Counted from the first letter of the stretch, positions 28,703 to 38,586 are shown. The stretch is 58,601 nucleotides of DNA from Trichormus sp. ATA11-4-KO1 (GCA_019358915.1 JAHHIM010000028.1:1-58601), one strand, 5' to 3'. Translations and numbers: made by a program. The notes: generated from the letters alone by a model not told the origin.

Positions 28703-30052
28703 ATGCATACTAATCACAACAACGTAGTTTCTTTTTTCCCTAATCACACAACTGACTGTTTGCCCCCACAAAACATTGAAGCTGAAGAGGCCATATTGGG
28801 CGGTATTATGCTAGACCCGGACGCGCTCAGTAGAATTAGTGACATCCTCATTCCCGAAGCTTTTTACATCAGCGCTCACAAGGATATTTATCAAGCTGCC
28901 ACTAGACTTCAAGCTCAAGGTTGTCCCACAGATTTACTTTCAATCACCACCTGGCTGTCTGACCAAGGACTTCTCAACCGTATTGGTGGCAGAAATAAAT
29001 TAGCCACTCTTTTAGACCGTACTGTGTCAGCTGTCAACATTGACGCTTTAGCAGATTTGATCATGCAAAAATACCAACGACGCAAATTAATTCTCGCTGG
29101 CTCAGAAATTGTCCATCTTGGTTACGAAACTGAAACTGACTTACTACAAATCCTTGAACAAGCTGAACAAAAAGTTTTCAATGTCACCCAAAATCAAACT
29201 GATGAACGGTGCAAAGTTCACGGTGCGGCTGACATGGCACTAGAACTTTACCAAAAGCTGGAAATGGGTAATATGGCAGGTGCAAAAGTTGGTTGGTATG
29301 ACCTAGAAGACATCACTGGTGGTATTTACCCCAGTAGCTTAGTGGTGGTGGCCGCAGAATCTCACATGGGGAAAACCCATTTCATGATTTCTTATGCCTA
29401 TGAAATTATGACCCAGCTTGGTTTACCCGTTTTGTATGTCACTCCAGAAATGGACAAAACTCAAGTCAATGCCCGAATGTTAGCTCGAATCACAGGCGTA
29501 GATGCTTCCGCCATTCAAACTAATACCCAGCAACATTGGCAACAAATAGCACAGGGTGTAGCAACATTGGCAGAAATACCTTGGAAGATTTATGAACATT
29601 CTTCCCCCACTCCCATAATGATTGCCTCTGCTGTGCGCCGTGCTATTGCCGAGTTTGGTGGTTCTATTGGTGCTGTGTTTATTGATTACTTACAGCAAAT
29701 TCCTTTGGAGTCCGGCGGTAACATGGCTTTTGAAGTCGGTAAGATTACCCGTCAAATTCGCGATATTGCTAAATCCCACAAAATTCCGGTTTTCTTAGGC
29801 TGTCAAATCAATCGCGGTAATCAAAATTCTGCTGATAAACGTCCTAACCGTCATTTACTCCGCAACTCTGGTGAAATATTTGAGGTTTGTGATCAACTGA
29901 TTATGCTTTACCGCAACTCTGTCTACACCAATGACACCAGCGATCGCACCATTGAGTTGATTGTTGAGAAAAACCGTCTCTACGGCAAGTTGGGTACTGC
30001 AACTATGCTTTGTGATTTGTCCACTTCACGTTTTTTCAATATGGCGAGGTAA
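28703..30052 (+). CDS. dnaB: Replicative helicase, DnaB family
   Basis: PPQNIEAEEAILGG, Walker A-like AAESHMGKT, FIDYLQ, QINR, LRNSGEI, IVEKNR. Confidence 0.88.
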   Translation: MHTNHNNVVSFFPNHTTDCLPPQNIEAEEAILGGIMLDPDALSRISDILIPEAFYISAHKDIYQAATRLQAQGCPTDLLSITTWLSDQGLLNRIGGRNKLATLLDRTVSAVNIDALADLIMQKYQRRKLILAGSEIVHLGYETETDLLQILEQAEQKVFNVTQNQTDERCKVHGAADMALELYQKLEMGNMAGAKVGWYDLEDITGGIYPSSLVVVAAESHMGKTHFMISYAYEIMTQLGLPVLYVTPEMDKTQVNARMLARITGVDASAIQTNTQQHWQQIAQGVATLAEIPWKIYEHSSPTPIMIASAVRRAIAEFGGSIGAVFIDYLQQIPLESGGNMAFEVGKITRQIRDIAKSHKIPVFLGCQINRGNQNSADKRPNRHLLRNSGEIFEVCDQLIMLYRNSVYTNDTSDRTIELIVEKNRLYGKLGTATMLCDLSTSRFFNMAR

Positions 30053-30152
30053 ATTCTTTACCAAGTGCTGCTAATTTGATGTCCCACTACCCCCATTGCG
30101 GTCACGCTCGGTATCTCTCTAATCCACACGTAATTTATCTTCAATCGACACT

Positions 30153-30533
30153 ATGAACACAACCTATCAACAACTCCTTCAACAATGGGCTACTCTTGCT
30201 CCTGATGAATGCCTGACTACTGAACGCGATTACAACTTCAAAGTCCGAATTCTACCAACAGTTGAAAAGCGCAATTCTTCCGATGCTTGGCGAAGAGTTA
30301 GCTCTGAAAACATCGAGTGGCGATTGTCCACTGGTGAAGGTCTTATCTTACCTCAATTAAATTTTGTTTTGCTCACAGTCATGCACCAGTGCGCTGTTCG
30401 ACAGACTAATATTCAGTTCACTTTTAACGAGCAAGGAACTACCGCCGCTATTTGTCGCGGTTTACAGTCACAACTGCATCTTCATCCGGCAATCGCTGCA
30501 CTTGATGCTTATGTTCAATTATTGCAATTTTAG
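30153..30533 (+). CDS. Hypothetical protein
   Basis: ATG ORF in the rightward operon. Confidence 0.7.
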   Translation: MNTTYQQLLQQWATLAPDECLTTERDYNFKVRILPTVEKRNSSDAWRRVSSENIEWRLSTGEGLILPQLNFVLLTVMHQCAVRQTNIQFTFNEQGTTAAICRGLQSQLHLHPAIAALDAYVQLLQF

Positions 30534-30806
30534 AACTGAATACAGAACTCTGAATTCTGAATACTTTAACTATCAATTCTGGTTCCTAACTCCTGACTTC
30601 TTCTTTTAATGTCAATTCTCTCTGAAAAACACTCCTAAAAATGATTGATTTAACAGCAAGAATATTGTAAAATATTCTCATTAATTAAAGTCAATCTAGC
30701 TTCACAGACATAGACTTTGAAAACCATACTTTCGCACTATTAATATTACGAACAGAACTTGTTTGTCCTACATTTAGTGAATACAAGCCTCGAAAATTAA
30801 TTCAAA

Positions 30807-31244
30807 ATGGTAACAACACACGCACTACTGACTTTCAAAGAACTACGAGAGAAATGCTTACGATATCTTCAAGAAGTTACCGCTATCTGTGTAGGTGGTT
30901 TTACTAATCCTGATCCAGATTTTTTGAATGACGAGTTTTCGATTATTTATCAAGACTTACGAAGCCAGAAAATTGCTTGCAATCAACAAGATTTGGTAAA
31001 CGCATTCTGGAGTGCGGTCTTCGAGATGGAACACAAACAAAAACTCTTACCTAATTCACTGGTTGTTCTTCACAACAGACTTTGCAGAATTATCAAATTC
31101 TGCCATAAATACCCTGTTCAAATCGATTACAGAGTTTTTACCAAACATGGTAATGGCAAGCTTAAATCAATTAAATACTCAACAATACTCAACAAGCCAA
31201 TCCAACGAGTTCTACTAATTGACCCTCTCACTAAAAATTTATGA
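30807..31244 (+). CDS. Hypothetical protein
   Basis: ATGA-coupled to the ASCH gene. Confidence 0.65.
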   Translation: MVTTHALLTFKELREKCLRYLQEVTAICVGGFTNPDPDFLNDEFSIIYQDLRSQKIACNQQDLVNAFWSAVFEMEHKQKLLPNSLVVLHNRLCRIIKFCHKYPVQIDYRVFTKHGNGKLKSIKYSTILNKPIQRVLLIDPLTKNL

Positions 31245-31711
31245 CTACCACAATCATCAAAGCAATCAGCCTTCACGAGCCTTGGGCATCTCTCATCCCA
31301 ATGGGACTAAAGAAATACGAAACTCGTTCTTGGAGTACCAACTACAGAGGCCCTTTGTTAATTTGCGCTGCTAAAAAAACTAGCAGAGAACAAAAGCTGT
31401 ATCATCAATATTTCCTCAACAAATATCAACAGCTACTCACTGACACTGACAACTACATAGAGTGGGATGATTTACCTTTTGGTTGCGCGATCGCATCGGT
31501 AGACCTGACAGCTTGCATCAGAATGACCCCAAGCTTTATCAAAGAACAACCACAGACTGAGCTTGATACTGGAGATTGGAGAGAAGGTAGATTTGCCTGG
31601 AAGTTGGACAATATCAGACGTATTGTACCTGCAATTCCTATCACTGGCAGACAAGGGCTGTTTGACGCAGAGATTCAGCTAGCCGAAAACAAATTGGAGG
31701 CAATCGCGTGA
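31241..31711 (+). CDS. ASCH-domain protein
   Basis: AISLHEPWASLI..GLKKYETRSW.TNYRGPLLICA, GRQGLF. Confidence 0.88.
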   Translation: MTTTIIKAISLHEPWASLIPMGLKKYETRSWSTNYRGPLLICAAKKTSREQKLYHQYFLNKYQQLLTDTDNYIEWDDLPFGCAIASVDLTACIRMTPSFIKEQPQTELDTGDWREGRFAWKLDNIRRIVPAIPITGRQGLFDAEIQLAENKLEAIA

Positions 31712-32049
31712 ACGAATTCACAATCATCGACAAATTAAGAATGCTTGGTGCGTCCGTATCTATCCTTTATCCCTCCTCTTTACAATCGCTGATCGTCATC
31801 AAGATTGAGTACACCCCTACTGGAAGTTTGCACAAAAAACTCGTCGAAATAGAAGCTCCACTACTAGCAACTGCTTTAGAAGAAGTCGAAAAAATCTTGG
31901 GGAAAACAGGTGATATCGGTACTCTCACTTTTCTCTGGCATCGGCGGACTTTGCCATCACGGTATTGCTGTGGCGGGTTTGTCTCACAAATTCCAAGTCA
32001 AACAATTTGTCGAAATCTCACCATACTCCCAATCGCAACTACATCATGA
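31708..32049 (+). CDS. Hypothetical protein whose 3' end overlaps the methyltransferase
   Basis: GGAGG RBS and GTGA coupling to the ASCH gene; its stop overlaps the ATG at 32046. Confidence 0.6.
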   Translation: MNEFTIIDKLRMLGASVSILYPSSLQSLIVIKIEYTPTGSLHKKLVEIEAPLLATALEEVEKILGKTGDIGTLTFLWHRRTLPSRYCCGGFVSQIPSQTICRNLTILPIATTS

Positions 32050-32674
32050 ACAACCACAAATACCCATTCACTCAGACATCACCACCTATAACTGCCACCC
32101 TTGGCAATTCGATATCGTCTGTGGGGGATTCCCTTGCAGTGGCACAAGTAACTCCGGCAACCGACAAGGAATTGCTAACCCCAGATCCGCATTGTGGGCG
32201 GAACAATTCAGGATTATCCAAGAGTGCCAGCCAGCGATCGCACTCATCGAAAATCCTACAGGGCTACTCGCTAGAGGAATGGCAACTATCCTCAAAGACC
32301 TTTCCCAAATCGGGTATTTATGCGAATGGGAAACTCTACCCGCATACTGCGTTGGCTTACCGCACTCTAGAGAACGAGTTTTCATTATTGCCCACCCCAA
32401 TGGCTTATTCCACCGTCAACAGCCGACCCCCTGGGCAGACCAAATTGGAAATCACATTGAGGAAGTGCGGTTCTCTCATGAAATCCGAAGCTTTGAACCC
32501 GGATTTTGTGCGGTGGCTCATGGGATTCCCGTTGGGGTAGCTAAAAATATCCCTGGTAACTATGATGCTCGTCGTGCTTACGGTTTGAGTTGTTCTCCAC
32601 GACAAGCTGCTGTTGCTTGGAAACGCATTGATTATCTGTGCAGTCTTTTATCTCAACAAGAGGCAATCTTATGA
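31910..32674 (+). CDS. DNA (cytosine-5) methyltransferase, large (alpha-like) polypeptide
   Basis: LSLFSGIGG (I), GGFPC (IV), IENP (VI), PHSRERVF (VIII), motif X-like RRAYGLSCSP. Confidence 0.88.
   Translation: MISVLSLFSGIGGLCHHGIAVAGLSHKFQVKQFVEISPYSQSQLHHEQPQIPIHSDITTYNCHPWQFDIVCGGFPCSGTSNSGNRQGIANPRSALWAEQFRIIQECQPAIALIENPTGLLARGMATILKDLSQIGYLCEWETLPAYCVGLPHSRERVFIIAHPNGLFHRQQPTPWADQIGNHIEEVRFSHEIRSFEPGFCAVAHGIPVGVAKNIPGNYDARRAYGLSCSPRQAAVAWKRIDYLCSLLSQQEAIL
32046..32540 (+). CDS. Overlapping-frame small (beta-like) subunit of the C5 methyltransferase
   Basis: FPKSG...LLPTP...LNPDFVRWLMGFPLG resembles the TRD/motif IX region missing from the main frame. Confidence 0.65.
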   Translation: MNNHKYPFTQTSPPITATLGNSISSVGDSLAVAQVTPATDKELLTPDPHCGRNNSGLSKSASQRSHSSKILQGYSLEEWQLSSKTFPKSGIYANGKLYPHTALAYRTLENEFSLLPTPMAYSTVNSRPPGQTKLEITLRKCGSLMKSEALNPDFVRWLMGFPLG

Positions 32675-33165
32675 ATAACCTCATCAACACCCTAGAATCC
32701 TGCTGGTACATCTCCCCTCCCTGGGGAAAACAAATCCCGCCGATGGTCATCTGCCTGCTGGAGCGGGTTTATCTGCCTAAGTTCAATGCTTACGGTTACT
32801 GCTGTGGTGTGGAATGGGGCGATAATATCTGGAATTACTCAATTGCCCTGGATAACGAGACTATTTGGGCTTCAGGAATTGAAATGATTCCCACAGGACA
32901 AATTCAATCTGTTCGTGTTGAAAAACCAGTGTTTACGGTGGGAGAACTGGTCAGCTTTCGCCTCGCTGGTGATGGCCCCAAAATTCGCACCATTTTGGGG
33001 CTACAGTTAATCAACGGCTCTTGCTTGTACGGCATCGAGTGGCGATCGCCTGTTTTGCAAGCACCAGGAGGTGAACCCGTCTGCATCTTTCCTCAGTCAG
33101 CTAAAAAGCCTAAGTTCATCAGTAGCCTTGCCTGGGTTACTGATTACGATTTAGTTGGGGTGTAG
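32671..33165 (+). CDS. DUF1392-like protein
   Basis: LESCWYISPPWG, LLERVYL, YGYCCG. Confidence 0.7.
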   Translation: MNNLINTLESCWYISPPWGKQIPPMVICLLERVYLPKFNAYGYCCGVEWGDNIWNYSIALDNETIWASGIEMIPTGQIQSVRVEKPVFTVGELVSFRLAGDGPKIRTILGLQLINGSCLYGIEWRSPVLQAPGGEPVCIFPQSAKKPKFISSLAWVTDYDLVGV

Positions 33166-33166
33166 T

Positions 33167-33775
33167 ATGATTTATACATCGTATTACGCAGGTGAAATCA
33201 AGGGTGAAGCTGTCTCCATCTCTCTCTATCCCCCCAAGAATTGGAAAGGCAAGCACCTTCCCCTGTTCGCCCCCACTCCTGAATTACTCAAGTGGTGGAA
33301 AGCATCAGCCAAAGATGCAATCGCACAGCAGGAATACGAGCGGCAGTTCCGCGATATTCTCGACTCTCGGCAGCAGCTGATCCAGTTGTGGGTGAACAAG
33401 CAGAAGGACGATTCACAAGACATAACGTTATGCTGCTACGAAAAAACTGGGTATTTCTGCCATCGGCATCAGGTTGGAGAAGAAGTAGTACAAAAGTATT
33501 TGCCTGAGCTATGGGGTGGTGAGGTGGCTTTGTTGGCTTCCAATAGCAGACCAGCGAAAGTGGATGAGGACATTAGCTCAATCAAACCAAAACTGACTAT
33601 CAACTCCACCTTTCCGCCTACTGTTAAAAAGCTGTTGGCCAAATGCCATGCTTCCGGTTATCCCGTGCAGTGCAATCGCATAGAGTGCGGCTACTTCCGG
33701 GTATCTCTGCGCGGAGAAGATTTGGGCGAGTGGTCGGAGTTAGGGGTGCTAGGGGTGCTTTCGGGGTTGCGATAA
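33167..33775 (+). CDS. DUF488-like hypothetical protein
   Basis: IYTSYY, FAPTPELLKWW, TLCCYEK..FCHRH. Confidence 0.65.
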   Translation: MIYTSYYAGEIKGEAVSISLYPPKNWKGKHLPLFAPTPELLKWWKASAKDAIAQQEYERQFRDILDSRQQLIQLWVNKQKDDSQDITLCCYEKTGYFCHRHQVGEEVVQKYLPELWGGEVALLASNSRPAKVDEDISSIKPKLTINSTFPPTVKKLLAKCHASGYPVQCNRIECGYFRVSLRGEDLGEWSELGVLGVLSGLR

Positions 33776-33776
33776 G

Positions 33777-33918
33777 CTTACATAGATTTTAGTTTTTTGT
33801 AGTAAGTTTTTATCTTTGCAAAGCGAGGCTTTCAGTCCTTCTGATCCCTGAAAAGTGTAGCAAGCTATTTTTGATACAAGTAATTACAGCGCTTAGTTAA
33901 TTCTACGTGGTAAATACA
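33777..33918 (+). repeat. 142-bp direct repeat, copy 1
   Basis: Ungapped match to 36012-36153 with few substitutions. Confidence 0.95.
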
Positions 33919-33959
33919 CTGAATAACTCTTTCCCCGAAATATTGAGGAGATACGATCT

Positions 33960-34154
33960 TTGACTATGTACAGAATTTTGGTTCAAGTTGTCAATGAATG
34001 TGACAATGTGATCGAAGAGTTTTCTACTCACATTGCAAGAGTTCCTTGTGTGGGAGAATACATTTCGTTTTATCGAGTTGTCGCCGTGACTCATTGCATT
34101 TTTGATGAAAACAATACTGAAGAAGAGACAGTAGCAGAAATCAAGGTGGCATAG
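33960..34154 (+). CDS. Small hypothetical protein
   Basis: GAGGAG RBS upstream. Confidence 0.55.
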   Translation: MTMYRILVQVVNECDNVIEEFSTHIARVPCVGEYISFYRVVAVTHCIFDENNTEEETVAEIKVA

Positions 34155-34444
34155 CAATCCTAAGCCATTTGTGAGAAAACACCATCCCAAACTATTGGAC
34201 GCTGTTGGCGGAGATATTCGAGGGAGGTTAATATTTTTCAAGATACTCGGCGGATGGAACCGTATTGGCTGGAGGAGGGCGATTGCATTGCTTTTGACAA
34301 CAAGCAACCGCATACTATTGAACGGGTAGTGAGCGATAGGTGGTGTGTGTGTTTCTTCAGGCTCAAGCCGGAGTGTTTGGAGGGGGCTGAGGTTGAGCAG
34401 TTGAGTTTGGTTTAGCTATAATAGTTCAAAAGCATAAAGCAAAT

Positions 34445-34723
34445 GTGATTATGCAGGCTATCTTTTGGACTGTAGAAGAAGTTGCCCAAAGAGCTAATCA
34501 ATTTTATGAAAATGGTATTCGCCAAGAGGTTGAGCATGGCGATAACATTGGTAAGATGATTGTGATTGATGCTGAGACTGGGGAGTATGGAATTGATGAA
34601 ATTGGTATAGAACCAGGATTTAAGTTAAAGCAGAAAAACCCAAATGCTAGATTATTTATGATCCGAATAGGTTATAACGCTGCATTTGGTTTTGGTGGAA
34701 CTATAGAGCGTATAGCTGAATGA
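34445..34723 (+). CDS. Small partner protein of the clan AA protease
   Basis: GKMIVIDAETGEY; ATGA-coupled to the protease. Confidence 0.75.
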   Translation: MIMQAIFWTVEEVAQRANQFYENGIRQEVEHGDNIGKMIVIDAETGEYGIDEIGIEPGFKLKQKNPNARLFMIRIGYNAAFGFGGTIERIAE

Positions 34724-35100
34724 TTAACGGACGGTTAATTGCTGGTAGGGCGACAGTTCCAGTAATTTTTCGTTTACCTGGACAACCAGATTTTTCACTG
34801 GATTTTGTCGTTGATACTGGATTTAATGGCTACATTACCTTACCACCACAAGCTGTCAGTGCAATGAACCTTCCCTTACATAGCAATATACCTGCAATAT
34901 TAGCTGATGGTAGCCAAGTTTTATCATCTATACATTTGGCAACGATTGTTTGGGACAATGTAGAAAAAGTAGTTTTCGTTTTGGCTTCTGCTAATAGGCC
35001 TTTATTGGGAACTGGAATGATGAATGGATATCATCTAGGGATAGATTTTGAGGACAATGGTTCGGTTTCGTTAGAAAAAATACCATCTTCGATGTCATAA
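34720..35100 (+). CDS. Clan AA (retropepsin-like) aspartic protease
   Basis: VDTGF catalytic motif, LADGS, PLLG. Confidence 0.85.
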   Translation: MINGRLIAGRATVPVIFRLPGQPDFSLDFVVDTGFNGYITLPPQAVSAMNLPLHSNIPAILADGSQVLSSIHLATIVWDNVEKVVFVLASANRPLLGTGMMNGYHLGIDFEDNGSVSLEKIPSSMS

Positions 35101-35279
35101 AAGCCAGAAAAAGAGAGAAAATTACCCGGAAATTTGTCATTTATTTCTATTAGTGAGAGAATGGGTATAAAATCATACGTTGGAAAAATACCCGATTCAA
35201 TGGATGTAAGGCTTTCAGCCCAAGAATACGCAGAAATTTTTCCACATTTAATTACAACTAAGCGGGGTTCTCCTGATGC

Positions 35280-35570
35280 TGGTGGTGGGTTCAAGCCCCC
35301 ACTGTTTGTAACTGCGTACAGCCTGGCGGCATCCGTAGGCTAAGAGTGCGAATTGGTAATTGCGAATTGTGTTGACCAAAACTAGGGTGTAGGGGGTAGG
35401 GTGTAGGGGGTAGGGAGAAAAGAAAAATCGTGTTGTAGGGATACACTCTACCCCCGAAACAAAGGGGTACAAGCCCCCACCAACCTACGGTATGGTGGTC
35501 TTCAATCAGTGGTGGGTTCAAGCCCCTACTGATCTTCCCTACACCCCACACCCTGCACCCCACACCCTTC
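35280..35570. repeat. STRR/REP-like repeat cluster
   Basis: ggtgggttcaagcccc twice; inverted gggtgtagg / ctacacccc arms; short repeat gtacagcctggcggcatccgtaggct at 35316-35341. Confidence 0.75.
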
Positions 35571-35629
35571 TTTTTGACTGCTTTGATAACTCTATATAAT
35601 CACTAATAGAAGACTGCGCTTAAAGCAAA

Positions 35630-35953
35630 ATGACAGACACTCCCCAACAACCAGACCGATTAGACCGCATAGAAACAGTGCTAGAGCGTGTTACCGTTAG
35701 GCTTGATGATTTAAGTTTTAGGCAAGCAAATACACAGCAGCAACTAGACGAACTGACATCTACAGCTAACGCTATATTTGCTAGAGACGCGATTTTAAAT
35801 GATGTGTTACTCGAATTACGCGATAGCCATGAACAGCATCAGCGTAATTTTGAAGAACATCAACGTAATTTTGAAGAACACCAGCGCACTACAAACGCTG
35901 CGCTACAAAGTCTTGAAGCTATCTTGTTGCAGTTAATTAGAAACAATTCCTGA
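35630..35953 (+). CDS. Coiled-coil hypothetical protein
   Basis: DRLDRIE N-terminus; heptad repeats (QRNFEEH twice). Confidence 0.75.
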   Translation: MTDTPQQPDRLDRIETVLERVTVRLDDLSFRQANTQQQLDELTSTANAIFARDAILNDVLLELRDSHEQHQRNFEEHQRNFEEHQRTTNAALQSLEAILLQLIRNNS

Positions 35954-36011
35954 AGTGCAATGAGGCTAACTTGGTAGTTAAGTATATTTTATTACTAGTT
36001 TAATTAATTAA

Positions 36012-36153
36012 CTTACATAGATTTTAGTCTTTTGTAGTAAGTTTTTATCTTTGCACACCAAGGCTTTCAGCCCTTCTGATCCCTAAAAAGTGTAGTAAGC
36101 TATTTTTGATACAAGTAGTTACAGCGCTTAGTTAATTCTACGTGGTAAATACA
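36012..36153 (+). repeat. 142-bp direct repeat, copy 2
   Basis: Matches 33777-33918. Confidence 0.95.
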
Positions 36154-36597
36154 AGGAATCTCCAGGCAGATGATTCAAGAACTGGAAGCGATGAGGCGGC
36201 AAAGCGGAGTGGCAGGGGCGGGCTTGCGGATTTGGTTGGCTCGTAAGAAGTTTGTTGCCCGTCCCTGACACCGCCTCATCGAGCATAGCGGTCTTCCAGT
36301 TCGTGGGGCAACACGAGCGGACATCAATTGGAGAAAGCGAAAGTTGAGCAGTTAAATTTACTTTCTTAAAAAGAAAATACACAAATTAATATTATGTAAA
36401 CCCGCATTGCATTTCTGAGTATTGTTTGATAGCCTCTTTAGAGATTGAGTAAAAGAGCAATACGATTTACTCAACTAATCGCTACTATTTAACTAATAAA
36501 AATCGCATGGATTGCAATTTACTAGTTTCTAGTTTGATTGGTAATCAAACTAGACCATTCGTAATGAATCGAAAAAAATAATCTTTAAGGTTAACAT

Positions 36598-36840
36598 ATG
36601 TCCTGGGGAATCTACGATAAAAAGGGAAATCGCATAGGCTCTGTTAAAAAAGATAATTTTGGTTGTGGTTGCGGAGGTTGCCTTACATTTTTTATTTTAA
36701 TGCAAATTTTTGGTTCACTTCTCTGGTTTTGTAGTCCTCCTAAAAACGAACAGAGAAAACCCACCAATAAATCTCAAATTATCAATATTTTTGAGTACAA
36801 AGACAGAAATACACAACCTCCAATAATTGCTGGAGGTTAA
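36598..36840 (+). CDS. Small membrane protein with GCGCGGC motif
   Basis: AAGG RBS; one predicted TM segment. Confidence 0.5.
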   Translation: MSWGIYDKKGNRIGSVKKDNFGCGCGGCLTFFILMQIFGSLLWFCSPPKNEQRKPTNKSQIINIFEYKDRNTQPPIIAGG

Positions 36841-36846
36841 TATTTT

Positions 36847-38586
36847 TCAAAACGGATTGTACTGCAAAGAAAAATACAACCCATTTTCTTGCCACGTTCC
36901 TCTGTTGTTTGAGTCTACTGGTACCAAAGGAATACCCCAATCCAGACGAGCAGTAAAGCGATTCCCCTGTGACCACCGCAAACCCAGACCAAGGCCAGCT
37001 AAGGTGTTGGGGTCTGATATCTCTCTTGGCGAATTATTCCAGGCAACACCAAAATCTACAAAAGGAATGACGTGCAATCGACCATTAATATCAGATACCC
37101 GCAGTATTGGTACTTGTACTTCAGCCGATGCCAAAGCGCCACTATCTGTTAACAAAAAATCTTGACGGTAGCCTCGCACACTACCCAATCCCCCCAACCC
37201 CCACTGCTCTAAAGGCAAGAGCGCCCTGGATGCTATTTGCGTATTTCCACGTATGATTAACAAGGTTTCAGGTGCTAATAGCCTTACCCACTGGGCTTGT
37301 CCGCGCCACGCGAAAAAGCGGCTATCAGGAGCAGAATCATTTATGGTTGCATTGAACGCACCTATACCCAAATTAAATTGTGACCTGAGAGCAATCACTT
37401 CCCGGCTGTTGCGGCTAGTCCATTCTTGAAAAAACCTTAATGCCGATATGCGTGTGCGTCCTTGTTCATCAGATCCCAAAGCCGGAAAAGGTAGGCGTTC
37501 TTCTTCGAGAAAAGTAGCCTCACTTTCGATTCGAGATGCTGTCACACCCAGGGCGAATTCCTGAGTGGGAGTTTGCACTATTGGCTGGCGCAATGTCACT
37601 TCGTAGTAGCGAGAAGAAGATTGGATATCTAGTATGTTGAAAGGACGTTCAATCACATTGCTCGATGCAGTACCAAAGTTAAAGGTGAAAGTTCCATTGT
37701 GAGGATTAATAGGTAATGTGTAGCTGGCATCCAAGGCATTGCTACCATCGGTGTTAGCGTAATTTAAACTCAAGTTATCTCCCAGTCCGAGTAAGTTAGC
37801 TTCATTAAGTTGCAATCCTCTTCGGAAACTACCTACTGCTGGTGAGCGCCCATTATCCAGCACTGCTTGGGCACTAAATGTTTTTGCTTCTTTGACCTCG
37901 ACTCTTAGGATACTCTCCCCCGGACGCAACCCGGCTGACAGTTCAGATGATACATTTTCAATTAAAGGATTAAGTTGCAAAAGTTGCAGGGCTTCTAACA
38001 AACGCTTTTCATTAAGGGGCTGTTTCGTGGCGATCGCTAGGCGGCTACGGACATAATTGGAGTTTAACCTTTGATTACCAGTTACCTGGATATCCGCCAA
38101 TTTACCTTCAACTACCTGGATTTGAATTACACCAGACTCAATTTCTTGCGGTGGAACATAAGCACCAGAAGTAATATAACCGTTGTTGATGTATAGTTCC
38201 GTAATTTTAGAACGAGCTTGAAAAACTTCAGCTAGTGAAATAGGCCGTTTGGTAAATTCAGCAACGGCTTGAGCTAATTCTTCGGGACTAAATACTGTGC
38301 TGCCGACAATTTCAAACCTTTCCACAGTAATAGTTTGATTAGCTTCGTCAAGAGGTGTTTCTTCTGGCGTGGAAGTTGGAGGTGAGGGTGGAAGTAGGTC
38401 TATTGGTGGGGGTAATGGCTGTGGAGGTTGGGGTAATGGTTGTGGAGAGGACGAAGGTGGTTGGATATCCTGCGGCGGCGGGAGTCTTTGGGCTTGCACA
38501 GGTTTAAAAGGGATGCTGTTGAGTAGAAAAATACTCAAAGGTAGCCAGGACAATGCAAGCTTTTTGGGGTATTTACTAGTCAACAT
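36847..38586 (-). CDS. ShlB/FhaC/HecB-family two-partner secretion transporter (TpsB)
   Basis: Signal peptide, Pro-rich linker, POTRA (YINNGYITSGAY, VVEG), SVRGY motif, C-terminal Phe. Confidence 0.92.
   Translation of the reverse strand: MLTSKYPKKLALSWLPLSIFLLNSIPFKPVQAQRLPPPQDIQPPSSSPQPLPQPPQPLPPPIDLLPPSPPTSTPEETPLDEANQTITVERFEIVGSTVFSPEELAQAVAEFTKRPISLAEVFQARSKITELYINNGYITSGAYVPPQEIESGVIQIQVVEGKLADIQVTGNQRLNSNYVRSRLAIATKQPLNEKRLLEALQLLQLNPLIENVSSELSAGLRPGESILRVEVKEAKTFSAQAVLDNGRSPAVGSFRRGLQLNEANLLGLGDNLSLNYANTDGSNALDASYTLPINPHNGTFTFNFGTASSNVIERPFNILDIQSSSRYYEVTLRQPIVQTPTQEFALGVTASRIESEATFLEEERLPFPALGSDEQGRTRISALRFFQEWTSRNSREVIALRSQFNLGIGAFNATINDSAPDSRFFAWRGQAQWVRLLAPETLLIIRGNTQIASRALLPLEQWGLGGLGSVRGYRQDFLLTDSGALASAEVQVPILRVSDINGRLHVIPFVDFGVAWNNSPREISDPNTLAGLGLGLRWSQGNRFTARLDWGIPLVPVDSNNRGTWQENGLYFSLQYNPF

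Noticed and set aside
14236..33775. Complete prophage
   Set aside because: No integrase, terminase, capsid, tail or lysis genes are in the window; only regulatory, replication and accessory genes are phage-like
35031..35563. Several short ORFs on both strands
   Set aside because: They translate heptamer and REP-like repeats (PLHPTPY, GCRVWGVG) and have no coding features
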